The notes beneath the pieces are model-generated. The model did not search any database and was not told where the DNA came from. It worked only from the letters and a program-made list of their open reading frames with translations. The position numbers were made by a program, and so were the translations under genes. A stretch of 64,000 bases of DNA, from the IMG/VR virus record IMGVR_UViG_3300028603_000038, positions 6,096-70,095 of that record, one strand, 5' to 3'. Source of the DNA: a virus. Lineage: Duplodnaviria > Caudoviricetes. Numbering within the stretch: position 1 is the first letter of the stretch; every line of letters starts with the position of its first letter. Shown piece after piece: positions 18,862 through 29,082 of the stretch.

Positions 18862-19142
18862 TGATTAACCTATATAACAGTTCCAAGAAAAAAAGCGCCA
18901 TAGTTACTGTACAAGTAAACGGGGCTAAAAAAGATTTCCATATACCGCCACGGCAGACTGCTGATTTTCCAGACTCTGCGAAAATTATTTCAAAGCCCAG
19001 CATTGTTACTATCGTTGAACAAAAAGCTGCACAGAAAAAAGTCGCCTCGCAAGAAATTGCTGTAAAAGAGGAAACACCTGTCGATTTAGTTAAACCTGAT
19101 ACTAAAGATTCTAAGCATCAAAATTCTGGAGGTAAGAAATGA
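18861..19142 (+). CDS. Hypothetical protein (93 aa)
   Basis: Coupled ORF directly before the sheath gene. Confidence 0.65.
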   Translation: MINLYNSSKKKSAIVTVQVNGAKKDFHIPPRQTADFPDSAKIISKPSIVTIVEQKAAQKKVASQEIAVKEETPVDLVKPDTKDSKHQNSGGKK

Positions 19143-21193
19143 GGCGTCGTTCCGGTGTATACCGTTATACCTATGACCGAACTAATGTAGCGTCTTTTGG
19201 TACGGCAAACTATTATGCTTATGTAGGTGCGTCAAAGCGTGGCCGTATTGATAAACCAATGACCTTTTTAGGTGTTGAAAATTTTGAACAAGTAACTGGC
19301 AAACCGGATTATCGCTCTTACGGATATTCTGGTATTGGTGCTTCTCTTGTTCTTAGACAAAATACACCAGTTCATTTTCAGCGTATTGTTGGTGGTGCTT
19401 ACCGTTATGCTAATGCAGTAATTGGTCAGCATCTTACTGATGCTACTAAATTAAGTGACGCACCAGACGCTTCTTTTGCCAGTGTTAAAAATCCTGAAAG
19501 TTGGGATGGCACTGCTACTTTAACAACGGGTTATACCCCGATGCTTTTAGCCTACGGAATTGGTCCGGGCGCAGACTACAATAATTATGAAATGCGTATT
19601 GTTTCTGGCAATATGCGTGACGTAACTATTACCACTAATTCTGCGTTTATTAATGATGCTGATTCTATTCTGGTTGACGGTTATTACCAGTATGCAGTTC
19701 TCGCTGTAAATGCTTTGGGCGCAACTAAAGCAGTTGAAGCCAATGAACTGCAAGTTGATTTAACTGGTGATCCTAATGATAACGCAATTCAATTTTCTTT
19801 CTCGAAAGTTGAAGCCGCTACTGGTTACATGGTTTTCCGCAGATTTAATGCGGCTGTTTCTACGGGTACTGGCCCAGATATTTACGAACTGTACACGACT
19901 CTCCCTCAAGCTGGTTCGTCTGCAACGACACTTACCTTTATTGATGTTGGTCAATATGAACAAGACAACACAACTACGTTGATTCTGGATTCTGGCGATC
20001 AGAAATTAAATGTAAATGGTGTGGGTAGTGTTTATACCAAAACTAAAGAATTTACTTTGGAAATTTATGACCCACGTGTTAATAACAGCCAACCTATTGA
20101 ATCTTTCGTAGTTACTTACGACGCAGGCGTAGATTCGCAAAATCAGCAAACAGGTATCGAAGAAGTTGTTAACGATGAAGTTTTAGGTTCGCAACAAATT
20201 CGTATCTTTAAAGCTGCTGGTTCGTTTACTGCCGATCAAAAATATTTCTACACTACCCCGCGTGTTAAATTCACGCACGGTGCAGATGGTTCGTCCTACG
20301 CAAACTTGGATGACGCCGCATTTATTGCGGGTTTGGATAAATATTCTAACCCGGATGAATACGAAGTATCTATGTTTATGTCTGGCGGTCGTAATACGAT
20401 TGCATTTTTACAAGCGTTGGGTGCAATGTGTACCACAAGAAATGACGCACACTTTATTGGCGGTATGCCGCAAGAATATGAAGAAGGTACAAAAGCAATT
20501 ACTTGGCGTACTCTTCTTTTAGGTATGAATACACGTCGTGGTGAAGTTCATTTCCCGCATATTGAATACTACGATAGTTATTCTTCTGAAATTCTTGACG
20601 TACCTGCTGATATTATTACTGGTGCTTTGCTTGCACGTAACGATAACCGTTTTGGAATTTATAATGCTACGGCAGGTGTTAAGCGTGGTGTTATTAACGA
20701 CATTCCGGGTGTTCGTGGTGTTACGCAAACTTATACACCACAAGAACTTAATGCGTTTGCAAATGCGCAGCTTAACCCGATTGCAAATATTCGTGGTTAT
20801 GGTCTGACTATTCGTGACCAGCTTACTTTGCAAACTACACTTACCGCTTTCTCTTATATGAGTGTATCGCGTCTTATTGACGCAATTGAATTGTCTATTG
20901 CCGCCTTTGCAATTACTAAACTGCAAGACTTGCCGAATGAATTACTTGATAGCGATATGGAAGCTGCAATTAATTCAATTCTTCAATTAATGCAGAATCG
21001 TGGTGCGATCAGTGCTTACCAAGTATTTGTTGGTAATGAAGCTGGTAATACTCCAGACCTTGCAATTCAAGGTATCCGCAAATATAAAATTGCTGTCACG
21101 CCAAACATACCAGTGCGAGAAATCGAACTGCATACCTATGTAACGAAAGAAGGTGTGTCGTTTGAAGAAATCGTACAAAGTGAAGCGGCATAA
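19139..21193 (+). CDS. Tail sheath protein
   Basis: N-terminal RSGVYRYTYD..YVGASKRG; C-terminal ATAGVKRGVI, QLNPI, RDQLT, SVSRL and VTPNIPVREI sheath pattern; FN3-like insertion. Confidence 0.93.
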   Translation: MRRRSGVYRYTYDRTNVASFGTANYYAYVGASKRGRIDKPMTFLGVENFEQVTGKPDYRSYGYSGIGASLVLRQNTPVHFQRIVGGAYRYANAVIGQHLTDATKLSDAPDASFASVKNPESWDGTATLTTGYTPMLLAYGIGPGADYNNYEMRIVSGNMRDVTITTNSAFINDADSILVDGYYQYAVLAVNALGATKAVEANELQVDLTGDPNDNAIQFSFSKVEAATGYMVFRRFNAAVSTGTGPDIYELYTTLPQAGSSATTLTFIDVGQYEQDNTTTLILDSGDQKLNVNGVGSVYTKTKEFTLEIYDPRVNNSQPIESFVVTYDAGVDSQNQQTGIEEVVNDEVLGSQQIRIFKAAGSFTADQKYFYTTPRVKFTHGADGSSYANLDDAAFIAGLDKYSNPDEYEVSMFMSGGRNTIAFLQALGAMCTTRNDAHFIGGMPQEYEEGTKAITWRTLLLGMNTRRGEVHFPHIEYYDSYSSEILDVPADIITGALLARNDNRFGIYNATAGVKRGVINDIPGVRGVTQTYTPQELNAFANAQLNPIANIRGYGLTIRDQLTLQTTLTAFSYMSVSRLIDAIELSIAAFAITKLQDLPNELLDSDMEAAINSILQLMQNRGAISAYQVFVGNEAGNTPDLAIQGIRKYKIAVTPNIPVREIELHTYVTKEGVSFEEIVQSEAA

Positions 21194-21208
21194 TAGGAGT
21201 AATGAATC

Positions 21209-21709
21209 ATGGCTAAGACTTCTCTGCAAGATATGCGTGGTTTGCCTGACCCGCTTCAAAGTTATAAATTTGATTTAATTCTTTCTAATTTACCTGTAGG
21301 TAATGCCCTCGCACTTAAACTGCGTTGTCGCTCTACTCAAATTTCTGGTATGAGTTTGGAAGACGTAACTATTAACGCTCACGGTGTTGATTTACGTTAT
21401 GCAGGCCGACCGATTTGGGAAGGTAATTTACCTGCTCAGTTTTTTGAAACTCGTGATATGGCAGTACGTGATAATGTTCGTGCTCTTATGGAATTCTGTC
21501 GTAACGCACGAACTAATACTGGTGAGTATAAAGAGAACTACGAATTTATTGCTGACGTAATTCTCTATGATGACCGAAATAATGTTGTGCGTGTAGTTCG
21601 ACATTTCGGTGCGTTCTTTAAGCAATTGGATTCACCCACTACTTCTGGTGATTCCACCCCTATCGAATATTCAACTGGTTTGTCATTTGATTACCACGTT
21701 GACCTGTAA
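21209..21709 (+). CDS. Tail tube protein
   Basis: 166 aa directly after the sheath; gp19-like pattern DPLQSYKFDL...FFE...FDYH. Confidence 0.88.
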   Translation: MAKTSLQDMRGLPDPLQSYKFDLILSNLPVGNALALKLRCRSTQISGMSLEDVTINAHGVDLRYAGRPIWEGNLPAQFFETRDMAVRDNVRALMEFCRNARTNTGEYKENYEFIADVILYDDRNNVVRVVRHFGAFFKQLDSPTTSGDSTPIEYSTGLSFDYHVDL

Positions 21710-21723
21710 TACTTTCGGTAGGG

Positions 21724-21766
21724 AAAAGGGCTAGGCGGAACGGAATGGTTTCGTCTGGCCTTTTTT
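21724..21766 (+). terminator. Rho-independent terminator after the tube gene
   Basis: AAAAGGGCTAGGCGGAAC...GTTTCGTCTGGCCTTTTTT. Confidence 0.8.
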
Positions 21767-21788
21767 ATTTCTTTTCGAGGTTTAGACT

Positions 21789-22886
21789 ATGACTAGAAAA
21801 CTCAGGTCAGTAACTGAAAGTAATTCAATACGTGTTTCCAATGTTGGTTACGGATACGACGGTGAATCTGCTACCGATGTTATTATTCGGCAAGGCGGCG
21901 TAGAAGATCGTATTGATTTTATTACTAAACAAACTGACGTTCTAAAAGATGACGCTAAATTTTTATTAGAAGAAGCTACTTTAAATACTTCACGTAACGT
22001 TGTTTCTGGTGTAGTGGGCGAAGAAAACGCGCAAGATATTGATGACATTATTCGCTATGGTAAAAAAGCTAAAGGTTCTGTAGCTAACTTAGCTACCAAA
22101 GCAATTGACGGTATTTTTGGTACTAGCACAAACTCTTTAGTAAAAGACTTGCTGAATAAAGATAGCGCAGAGCCACAAACTTCTGTGTTATCTGTTGGTG
22201 ATGTTGAATACACTTCGCTACTTGCCAAGCTTAGAAAAAGGGCTGACCCTCAGTTAGGTTATTCATACAGAGTATTTTTACCGCCATTAGAAAATGCAAC
22301 AGGTATGCAAGATACTCAAGAGTTTCAGAGCATCTTTAATTACTACTCAGAAAACGTAGACATTACGCTGCCTTCGTTTACTGACACTCAGGTTTTCCGT
22401 GGTGGTTTTCAAGTACCTTACCCAATGTTTTCCGACAATGGTGCGTTCTCGTTAACTCTGTATGAAGACCATCATTTAAATTCTACGCGTTACTGTGATA
22501 CATGGCGCGAACTAATAATGAATTACAAAACTCGTTTATATAATTTACCTTCTGTGTATAAGAAGCCAATTGCAATTGCTGTAATTGATTCCAGAAACTA
22601 CGTGTCGATGTTTTTCATTATGCTGGGTTCTTTTCCTGTTGGCGGCGTTACTCCACAATTTAACGGAACTTCCAGTGACCCGGTAAAGATTATGCAAGAG
22701 TTTCGTTGTAACCGAATAATTCCCGTTTACACTGCTGACCGTACTTATACGTCTCTTTCTAAACCTGCGCGTACTGGTGTGGATGTACCTTTTGAAACAG
22801 CGTCAAAAGACGAAGTTACCTTGGGCACTATATTCAAAAATCCAAAGTCCATCACCAAAAAATTACTACGCATTGAACGCCCATAA
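21789..22886 (+). CDS. Baseplate tube-initiator protein (tube-fold paralogue)
   Basis: C-terminal half repeats the tube pattern (DPQLGYSYRV...FSLTLYED...WRE...GSFP). Confidence 0.6.
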   Translation: MTRKLRSVTESNSIRVSNVGYGYDGESATDVIIRQGGVEDRIDFITKQTDVLKDDAKFLLEEATLNTSRNVVSGVVGEENAQDIDDIIRYGKKAKGSVANLATKAIDGIFGTSTNSLVKDLLNKDSAEPQTSVLSVGDVEYTSLLAKLRKRADPQLGYSYRVFLPPLENATGMQDTQEFQSIFNYYSENVDITLPSFTDTQVFRGGFQVPYPMFSDNGAFSLTLYEDHHLNSTRYCDTWRELIMNYKTRLYNLPSVYKKPIAIAVIDSRNYVSMFFIMLGSFPVGGVTPQFNGTSSDPVKIMQEFRCNRIIPVYTADRTYTSLSKPARTGVDVPFETASKDEVTLGTIFKNPKSITKKLLRIERP

Positions 22887-22887
22887 A

Positions 22888-22897
22888 CTGTAAAGTG
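22888..22897 (+). promoter_or_regulatory. Promoter-like motif A (CTGTAAAGTG)
   Basis: Intergenic, 34 nt upstream of ATG 22932. Confidence 0.6.
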
Positions 22898-22931
22898 TAA
22901 TTAGGTTTTTACCCGACAACTAGAGGTTATT

Positions 22932-23942
22932 ATGTCACAACCAAAAATTCGCCCACGTATTCAAAAACGCACTATAGTTAAAGACACTTCCGGTAACGTT
23001 ATTGAGGATAACAAACAAGACGCTGGTGTTATTGAAACGCCAGAAGTTAACGATGTAACTACCGAACAAGAAAGGATTCCCAGTAACTATATTGCAGTCC
23101 CTTTATGGTCGGCTGGTATCTTTTCCCACGGCATTGAGGATAAGCTGCATTTACGTCCTTTATTTATTGCGGATATTCTGAAAATTTCCAACGCTGTTCA
23201 GATGGATGACTTTGATTCTTTTGTTGAAGTTATCTCTAACACTGTTTATGAAAACGTAGACATTAAGAAATTACCGCAAAAAGACTTTGAAGGTATTCTT
23301 TACTGGCTGCGCATTAATTCTACTTTCTTGGAATCCTACCAAGCGGACTTTATTTGTGAGTCTCTAGACCACATTGAGAAAGTAGAAAATAAAATAGTAA
23401 AAGCGGAAACTCTTATTCAGACTGTTGAATTAGCTTCCTCTTCTTTTGACGAAAGACACGTTGACGAAGATATTTTCAAGCACATTCAGTTTCTTCAATC
23501 TGACATTGAGGAAATGTGTGGCATTACTATGGATATTCAAACCGTTCAAACACAGATGGAATATTCCAAAGTTCTCGATCACCGTACTGAGTTGGTAAAG
23601 AAAAAAGTGCTCGGTGAAAACGCAGATAAGATGGACCAAGAAAATGTGCCTGCCGAAGTTCAAAGAGAAATTCTCGGTTTGTTAGGTATGGATCAAATTT
23701 TGAAAACGTCGTTGCTTGCTAGTTATATGTCACCTAAACACGGTGATAACTTAAAGCAGCGTACTAATTCGTTAATAAATAACGAAAGGCTTACTCAAGC
23801 TGCATTGAAAAAAATGCAAGAGTACGTTGAATACCTTGATGAAAACATCGGTGTAACTGAAACTGTTAAGCATGTATGTGAGGTGTGTAGCGCAGAATTA
23901 GCGACGAATGTTGCTTTTTCTGCGCTCGACTTTCTTTCCTAA
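22932..23942 (+). CDS. Tail assembly chaperone / baseplate hub assembly protein (T4 gp26-like)
   Basis: LHLRPLFIAD..KI, LPQKDF..ILYWLRINS and C-terminal CEVC...DF; upstream of the tape measure gene. Confidence 0.7.
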   Translation: MSQPKIRPRIQKRTIVKDTSGNVIEDNKQDAGVIETPEVNDVTTEQERIPSNYIAVPLWSAGIFSHGIEDKLHLRPLFIADILKISNAVQMDDFDSFVEVISNTVYENVDIKKLPQKDFEGILYWLRINSTFLESYQADFICESLDHIEKVENKIVKAETLIQTVELASSSFDERHVDEDIFKHIQFLQSDIEEMCGITMDIQTVQTQMEYSKVLDHRTELVKKKVLGENADKMDQENVPAEVQREILGLLGMDQILKTSLLASYMSPKHGDNLKQRTNSLINNERLTQAALKKMQEYVEYLDENIGVTETVKHVCEVCSAELATNVAFSALDFLS

Positions 23943-24144
23943 AGTCACTAACGAAAGTATTGAAGACCAAATATACTTAATGAATATGCACATGCATATA
24001 ATCATTGATAAAAATACGACTGAGTATAAAGAGTTCTGCTTTAAAGCTAGAAAGTTGGATAAAGACTTGCAGGATAAAGCTGAACACGAAAAGAAACAAT
24101 CTGAACAATTTAATGCAATGCTGGCTAAAATGATGCGACGTTAA
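23908..24144 (+). CDS. Downstream chaperone ORF, possibly expressed as a +1 frameshift extension of 22932..23942
   Basis: Overlaps the chaperone end in the +1 frame; no SD before its ATGs; TTT CTT TCC TAA at the junction. Confidence 0.55.
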   Translation: MLLFLRSTFFPKVTNESIEDQIYLMNMHMHIIIDKNTTEYKEFCFKARKLDKDLQDKAEHEKKQSEQFNAMLAKMMRR

Positions 24145-24158
24145 CTCTAGAGGTTACT

Positions 24159-26498
24159 ATGGCTAGAAAACCCACAATACGCCGTGGCGGTAGAGGTTCG
24201 GATTTATTCAGTTCTCTACTCGATAGCACGGATGATTTATCTTCGCGTACTCGTAGAAGTGTAGCGCGTAGTAACTCTTCTAGGGATACCGTAGACTTAG
24301 CTATTCAGGAATCGGAGAGAGCAATTTCCAGTTTGAAAGTTAAATTGGAAATGCTGGAAAAAACTAATCCGAATTATGAACAGTTAAAGAAATCTCTTAC
24401 TAAAGATATTGAATTAGAAAATTCTCGTATTCAGAGCAATAAAAAACTGAAAGACTTATTGAAAGCTTCTGCTACTTTACTGCAAGCTGTTACTGAAGAT
24501 TATAAGAAAAAGCAATCGTTGTCTGCTAAAGGTTTAAGTAATACTGCAAATTTAGCTAAAGTAACAAAGCAAATAAAAGAACTTCAAGAAAGTACTGATT
24601 ATAAATTGGTAGAAATTGATGACTTGTTTTCTACTTTGAAAAATACCGTTGACGCTGACCAGATGAAAAAACTGGAAAAGAAGTTAGAGAGGTTTGAGGC
24701 TATCTACGCAAACCCTCTCCAACGTTCTGGTGCGGTAGGGGCTGGCGCTAAAACTGTGCTGACTGGTTTGCTTGGGCCTCTGGGTGAAGTTGCTGATGAT
24801 GTATTTAATATATCGGGTGGATTTGAAAGGCTACTTACTAGAGGGGTAGCTAAATTAGCTTTTGGGAAGAAAGCGAAAAAAAGCCAAGGTGACTTAGCAG
24901 CAGACCAACTGCGCGAACAAGTAGAAGAAACATCTAAAGACGCTAAAGAAACAAAAGAAAAAGCAGAAAAAATTATTACCCTTATTACAGAAGAAGAACA
25001 AGAAGAAGAACTGGAAGACCGCAAAAAAGCTATACGAGAAAAGCGTGAAAAATTAATCGCAGATAGGAAGGGCAAAGAAGTAGTCAAAGAGCAAAAAAGC
25101 TGGCTTTCTTCTTTTATGTCGAAAATACTAGGTAGCAAGTTAACAAAAATTTTAGGCTTTGCAAAATACTTATCGCCTCGCGGTTTTGGAATGTTGTTAA
25201 CCAAAACTCTTTTTGGCGGTGGAAAACTTTTAGCCAGAATCGGTGGTACATTAGGCCGCATGATTTTGAGTCCTCTTTTATCCGGGGCAAGTTCACTACT
25301 GTTTAGAGTGCTACCTTCTTTAGTTGCTGCACTCCCCGGTTTTTTATCTACAGTTTTAAACCCAGTTGCTCTTCTAGCCGCTGCTGGTTTCGCTGGGTTT
25401 AAACTAGGTGAATGGCTATACGAAAATTATTCAGAAGAAATTTTAGACGGCATTGACTGGGTAGTTAATAAAGTAAAAGATGCGTTCTCATTCATTACCG
25501 ACAAGTATGATAAAGTGCGTAACGCTACTTCTAATGCTATTGAAAGTACTGCTAATTTTGCAAAAGACACTTACTCTTCTGCTGTTAACAAGACTTCAAT
25601 GGGTATAGAAAAAACAGCTAACTTTGTTTCTAACACTGCGTCACAAGTATCTGGAGGTATTGAAAAAACAGCTAACTTTGCTTCTAATGCTGCATCACAA
25701 ATATCTGGCTTTGCCTCGTGGGCATGGAACGGCGCTAGAAGTAATTTTGATTATTCTACTGACCAAATTGTAGGTATGATTAAAAACGCGGCACAAACTG
25801 TCGGTGTTCCTGAATCGTGGTTGTATTCAACGGCTGTTCAAGAATCCAGTTTGAATCCAAAAGCAAAAGCGCCTACGTCATCGGCTACTGGTTTGTTCCA
25901 ATTCATAAATTCAACTTGGGCTAGCATGGTTTCCAAGTATGGTGCTAAATACGGCATCGGTATGGGCGATAGAGAAAACCCACAGGCATCTGCAATTATG
26001 GGTGCTTTATTTATGAAAGATAATATGAACAGTTTACAAGCTGCTGGGTTACCAGTTACTTATTCTTCTGTTTATGGTGCTCATTTCTTAGGTTCTGCGG
26101 GTATCAAGAAATTACTTTCTGCTAACCCAACAGAAAGTGGTGCAAAACTTTTTCCTGATGCTGCAAGAGCAAACAAAAATGTTTTCTTTAACGAAAATAA
26201 TCAGCCCCGTACTGTAGCTGAAATTCTTTCTTTGTTCGGTGCTAAACTTAAAAAGGTAGGAAGTTTTAAACCAGCTTCTGTAACTACTTCGCACCCTAGT
26301 TCTGCTGTAACTACCAGTACTCCGGGCAGATCAATCTCGAATACGTCAAACACTTATATAATGGCACCACAGGATAATATTACGCCTAATATGCCCATTC
26401 AAAGTCCTGTTACTGGCATTACAAATATGGATGAAATTCCTATGTACCCGAAAGATAGTGAAGCGTTAATCGGAATTGTACTGGGTCAATTGGCATGA
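24159..26498 (+). CDS. Tape measure protein with C-terminal lytic transglycosylase domain
   Basis: Coiled-coil N-terminus, G/L-rich hydrophobic middle and periodic repeats; SLT motifs QESSLNP, SSATGLFQF and YGAHFLG. Confidence 0.9.
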   Translation: MARKPTIRRGGRGSDLFSSLLDSTDDLSSRTRRSVARSNSSRDTVDLAIQESERAISSLKVKLEMLEKTNPNYEQLKKSLTKDIELENSRIQSNKKLKDLLKASATLLQAVTEDYKKKQSLSAKGLSNTANLAKVTKQIKELQESTDYKLVEIDDLFSTLKNTVDADQMKKLEKKLERFEAIYANPLQRSGAVGAGAKTVLTGLLGPLGEVADDVFNISGGFERLLTRGVAKLAFGKKAKKSQGDLAADQLREQVEETSKDAKETKEKAEKIITLITEEEQEEELEDRKKAIREKREKLIADRKGKEVVKEQKSWLSSFMSKILGSKLTKILGFAKYLSPRGFGMLLTKTLFGGGKLLARIGGTLGRMILSPLLSGASSLLFRVLPSLVAALPGFLSTVLNPVALLAAAGFAGFKLGEWLYENYSEEILDGIDWVVNKVKDAFSFITDKYDKVRNATSNAIESTANFAKDTYSSAVNKTSMGIEKTANFVSNTASQVSGGIEKTANFASNAASQISGFASWAWNGARSNFDYSTDQIVGMIKNAAQTVGVPESWLYSTAVQESSLNPKAKAPTSSATGLFQFINSTWASMVSKYGAKYGIGMGDRENPQASAIMGALFMKDNMNSLQAAGLPVTYSSVYGAHFLGSAGIKKLLSANPTESGAKLFPDAARANKNVFFNENNQPRTVAEILSLFGAKLKKVGSFKPASVTTSHPSSAVTTSTPGRSISNTSNTYIMAPQDNITPNMPIQSPVTGITNMDEIPMYPKDSEALIGIVLGQLA
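25602..25709 (+). repeat. 54-bp tandem repeat x2 in the tape measure gene
   Basis: GIEKTANFVSNTASQVSG / GIEKTANFASNAASQISG. Confidence 0.85.
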
Positions 26499-26507
26499 GG
26501 TTAATTT

Positions 26508-27539
26508 ATGAAATTGCCATCTAGCGTAAAAAGTGTGGTTGCAAAAACTTCTAACTCAGTTAAGTCTGCGTTAGGAAAGAAAATAGAAAGTTCTGATAAT
26601 GCTAAAGCAAAGAATATAGCTAACGCCATTCTAGGCGGCAAGTCTGCTACAGGTTCTGCAAATATTGAATACGGTACAGAATCCAGTATTAAAAATCAGG
26701 TAGCTAAAGCTATTCAACTTGCTGAGAAAGAATACCAGAGTACTGATCTATCACCTTACATGATTACTTTTTATTTTCAGGAAGTTGGCAAAGATATAAA
26801 AGTCATTAAAGGTTTTCTACCTGAAAATATTGGGTTTGATTTATCTAGCACGTACTCAGCTATTTTCGACAGAAACGTATTTTCTGGTAACACAGTAGGT
26901 AGTGTCTTGCGAACTGCTGGTATTTCTGGTGTTACTAAGGAAATGACTTTTAGGGTATGGGAATCTTCTGGTTACCTTAATTTTTCCCTACCTATCGTAT
27001 TTGATTTAGCTGACGATATTTTTGTACAGGGTCAACCTTACGTTAAAACGCCTAAAGAAATTCTTTCCGAGTTTGCTAACCGTGTGCTTCCATCGAGAAA
27101 AGAAGATAAAATTTTCTTGACGCCGCCCGGCCCTACTTTGAGTTTTGATTTTAACTGGGATTCTATAACTAGCGCGTTTACTTCTGAACAAGAAACGTCT
27201 TCTGGTACTAATACGCCAGAATCACAAAAGAACGAGCAAGCGTCTAAAGCCCGACAGGCTGGGGCAGCTTTTGAGAAGACACTGGTTCAAGCTAGAAACG
27301 CGTTAGGTTCACAATTAAGTTACGATAAATTTTATTCGGTACAACTAGGTTCTTTCTTAACCATTGATAACATTGTTATTGATAGTGTTGCACCATCTTT
27401 TGATACTATCGTTGCTTATGATTTAAACCCTATGCGTATGGTACTTACGGTTTCTTTTTCTACCACCATGATACCGACCGCCGAAGATATGCAAAAATAT
27501 TTATTTGGTGAACTCCTTAATGTGGATGACTTGGTTTAA
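26508..27539 (+). CDS. Baseplate tube-initiator/hub protein
   Basis: Position after the TMP; GFLPE...VWESS..FSLP pattern. Confidence 0.5.
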   Translation: MKLPSSVKSVVAKTSNSVKSALGKKIESSDNAKAKNIANAILGGKSATGSANIEYGTESSIKNQVAKAIQLAEKEYQSTDLSPYMITFYFQEVGKDIKVIKGFLPENIGFDLSSTYSAIFDRNVFSGNTVGSVLRTAGISGVTKEMTFRVWESSGYLNFSLPIVFDLADDIFVQGQPYVKTPKEILSEFANRVLPSRKEDKIFLTPPGPTLSFDFNWDSITSAFTSEQETSSGTNTPESQKNEQASKARQAGAAFEKTLVQARNALGSQLSYDKFYSVQLGSFLTIDNIVIDSVAPSFDTIVAYDLNPMRMVLTVSFSTTMIPTAEDMQKYLFGELLNVDDLV

Positions 27540-27550
27540 CGAGGCTAACT

Positions 27551-27910
27551 ATGTATAAGAGAGCAGACTTTATTCCAGTTGTAGTTGTTCGCAAAAACGA
27601 TGGTTCTACTTTTGAAACTCCGGATTTACTATCCGCTAGATATATAAACAAGCTTAGAAATTTACCGGCTCTTACTATACATACTGTTCAAAATTTTGAA
27701 CAAGGTCGGTTGGATTTAATCTCTCTGAAATACTACAAGCGTGATGATTTGTGGTGGCCTTTGGCGCTGTATAATGGCATAGTAAATCCGATAGCGGAAA
27801 TTATTACTGGTAAAGTTTTACGCATACCTTCTAAATCGGATATGGAATCTGCATTAAGTGCAGCTAATACCAAGCAGGTTAATTCAAATTCCTCTGTAAC
27901 GCTTAGGTAA
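27551..27910 (+). CDS. LysM-like baseplate wedge protein (gp53/gpX-like)
   Basis: GRLDLISLKYY...LWWPLALYNGIVNP...GKVLRIP. Confidence 0.8.
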   Translation: MYKRADFIPVVVVRKNDGSTFETPDLLSARYINKLRNLPALTIHTVQNFEQGRLDLISLKYYKRDDLWWPLALYNGIVNPIAEIITGKVLRIPSKSDMESALSAANTKQVNSNSSVTLR

Positions 27911-27921
27911 AAGGTACGCAC

Positions 27922-29082
27922 ATGATTAGCATAAAAGACAGGTTATTTCTGGATATTTGGGTTAACTCTGTCCAGCTACCTTTACAACTGTTGAAACTTG
28001 ACTTACTTACTATGCATTCTGCGCATCCTTTTTTATTCCCGTGTGCACAGCTTCGTCTCACAGACAACGTTAATTTTTTTAATGACAACCCGGTTGTTGA
28101 CGGTGATATTATTTCTATCACCACTGGGAAATTGATGGATGAAGCTCAAGAAAATAATACGCGTACTTTTAGAATCTTTGATGTAAAGCGTGTACAGGAA
28201 GGTAACTCACACGTCTACACTTTCTACCTTATTTTCTCCAACATTAAATACGTTAATGAAAATTCAAAGTCCTCGTATAAAGGTAGGGTTAGTGATGTAT
28301 TCATGGAAATTGCAGACTATTGCAATATGCCTTACGAAGTATCGCCAACTGCTGATTCGCAAGTGTGGTATCCATTAGGTGCCAAGCGCGCAACGTTTAT
28401 TAAAGACATTACTAAGTATGCGTATAGCTCTACAAAATCAGCCTACGTGTCAGGTGTAACCTTATCTGGTAAATTACGCCTTGTTAATTTAGAAACAGTA
28501 GATTTTTCAAACCCGAAAGTTTTGATGGTCTACAATAATAAAGATACTAAAAACAGTGTGCGTATTGCTGACAGAAAAGAATACACGTCTTCGGGTTTGC
28601 AGAATAACGTGTCGGCGTATAAATCCCACATGCTTATTCAAAACACTGATAGTACGGAAATTGTATCTACTGTTGACGTGCCGGTAAAATCAAACACTAT
28701 TAACGTTAATGACGACATAAATAAAAACTTGCAAGGCTCCAAGTTTATATTCAGCCCTATTGATAACGGAAATACGCATCCTAACTACAATCAAGCTTTG
28801 TATCAAAACACGCGAATTCTCTCTACGTTCAGTAAAGGTCTTATAGTAGCTACGGATGAAGAAACTAAAGCTGATTTATTTGATGTAGCTAACTACATTG
28901 ACTTTGCTGCGAGTGCAAACAAAGTAGAAATGAATAGGATTCTAACTGGGGGTTACGTTATCACGGCAAAAACAATTTATATACGCTCTAATCAATACTT
29001 TGAAAAGTTACAGTTAACGCGCCAAGGTTTCAACGCGGATGTCATAACGCAGAATTCCCTGAACTTGATAGGTGTAACATGA
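27922..29082 (+). CDS. Baseplate hub protein (gp27/gpD-like)
   Basis: 386 aa between the LysM-like and spike genes, the canonical order. Confidence 0.6.
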   Translation: MISIKDRLFLDIWVNSVQLPLQLLKLDLLTMHSAHPFLFPCAQLRLTDNVNFFNDNPVVDGDIISITTGKLMDEAQENNTRTFRIFDVKRVQEGNSHVYTFYLIFSNIKYVNENSKSSYKGRVSDVFMEIADYCNMPYEVSPTADSQVWYPLGAKRATFIKDITKYAYSSTKSAYVSGVTLSGKLRLVNLETVDFSNPKVLMVYNNKDTKNSVRIADRKEYTSSGLQNNVSAYKSHMLIQNTDSTEIVSTVDVPVKSNTINVNDDINKNLQGSKFIFSPIDNGNTHPNYNQALYQNTRILSTFSKGLIVATDEETKADLFDVANYIDFAASANKVEMNRILTGGYVITAKTIYIRSNQYFEKLQLTRQGFNADVITQNSLNLIGVT

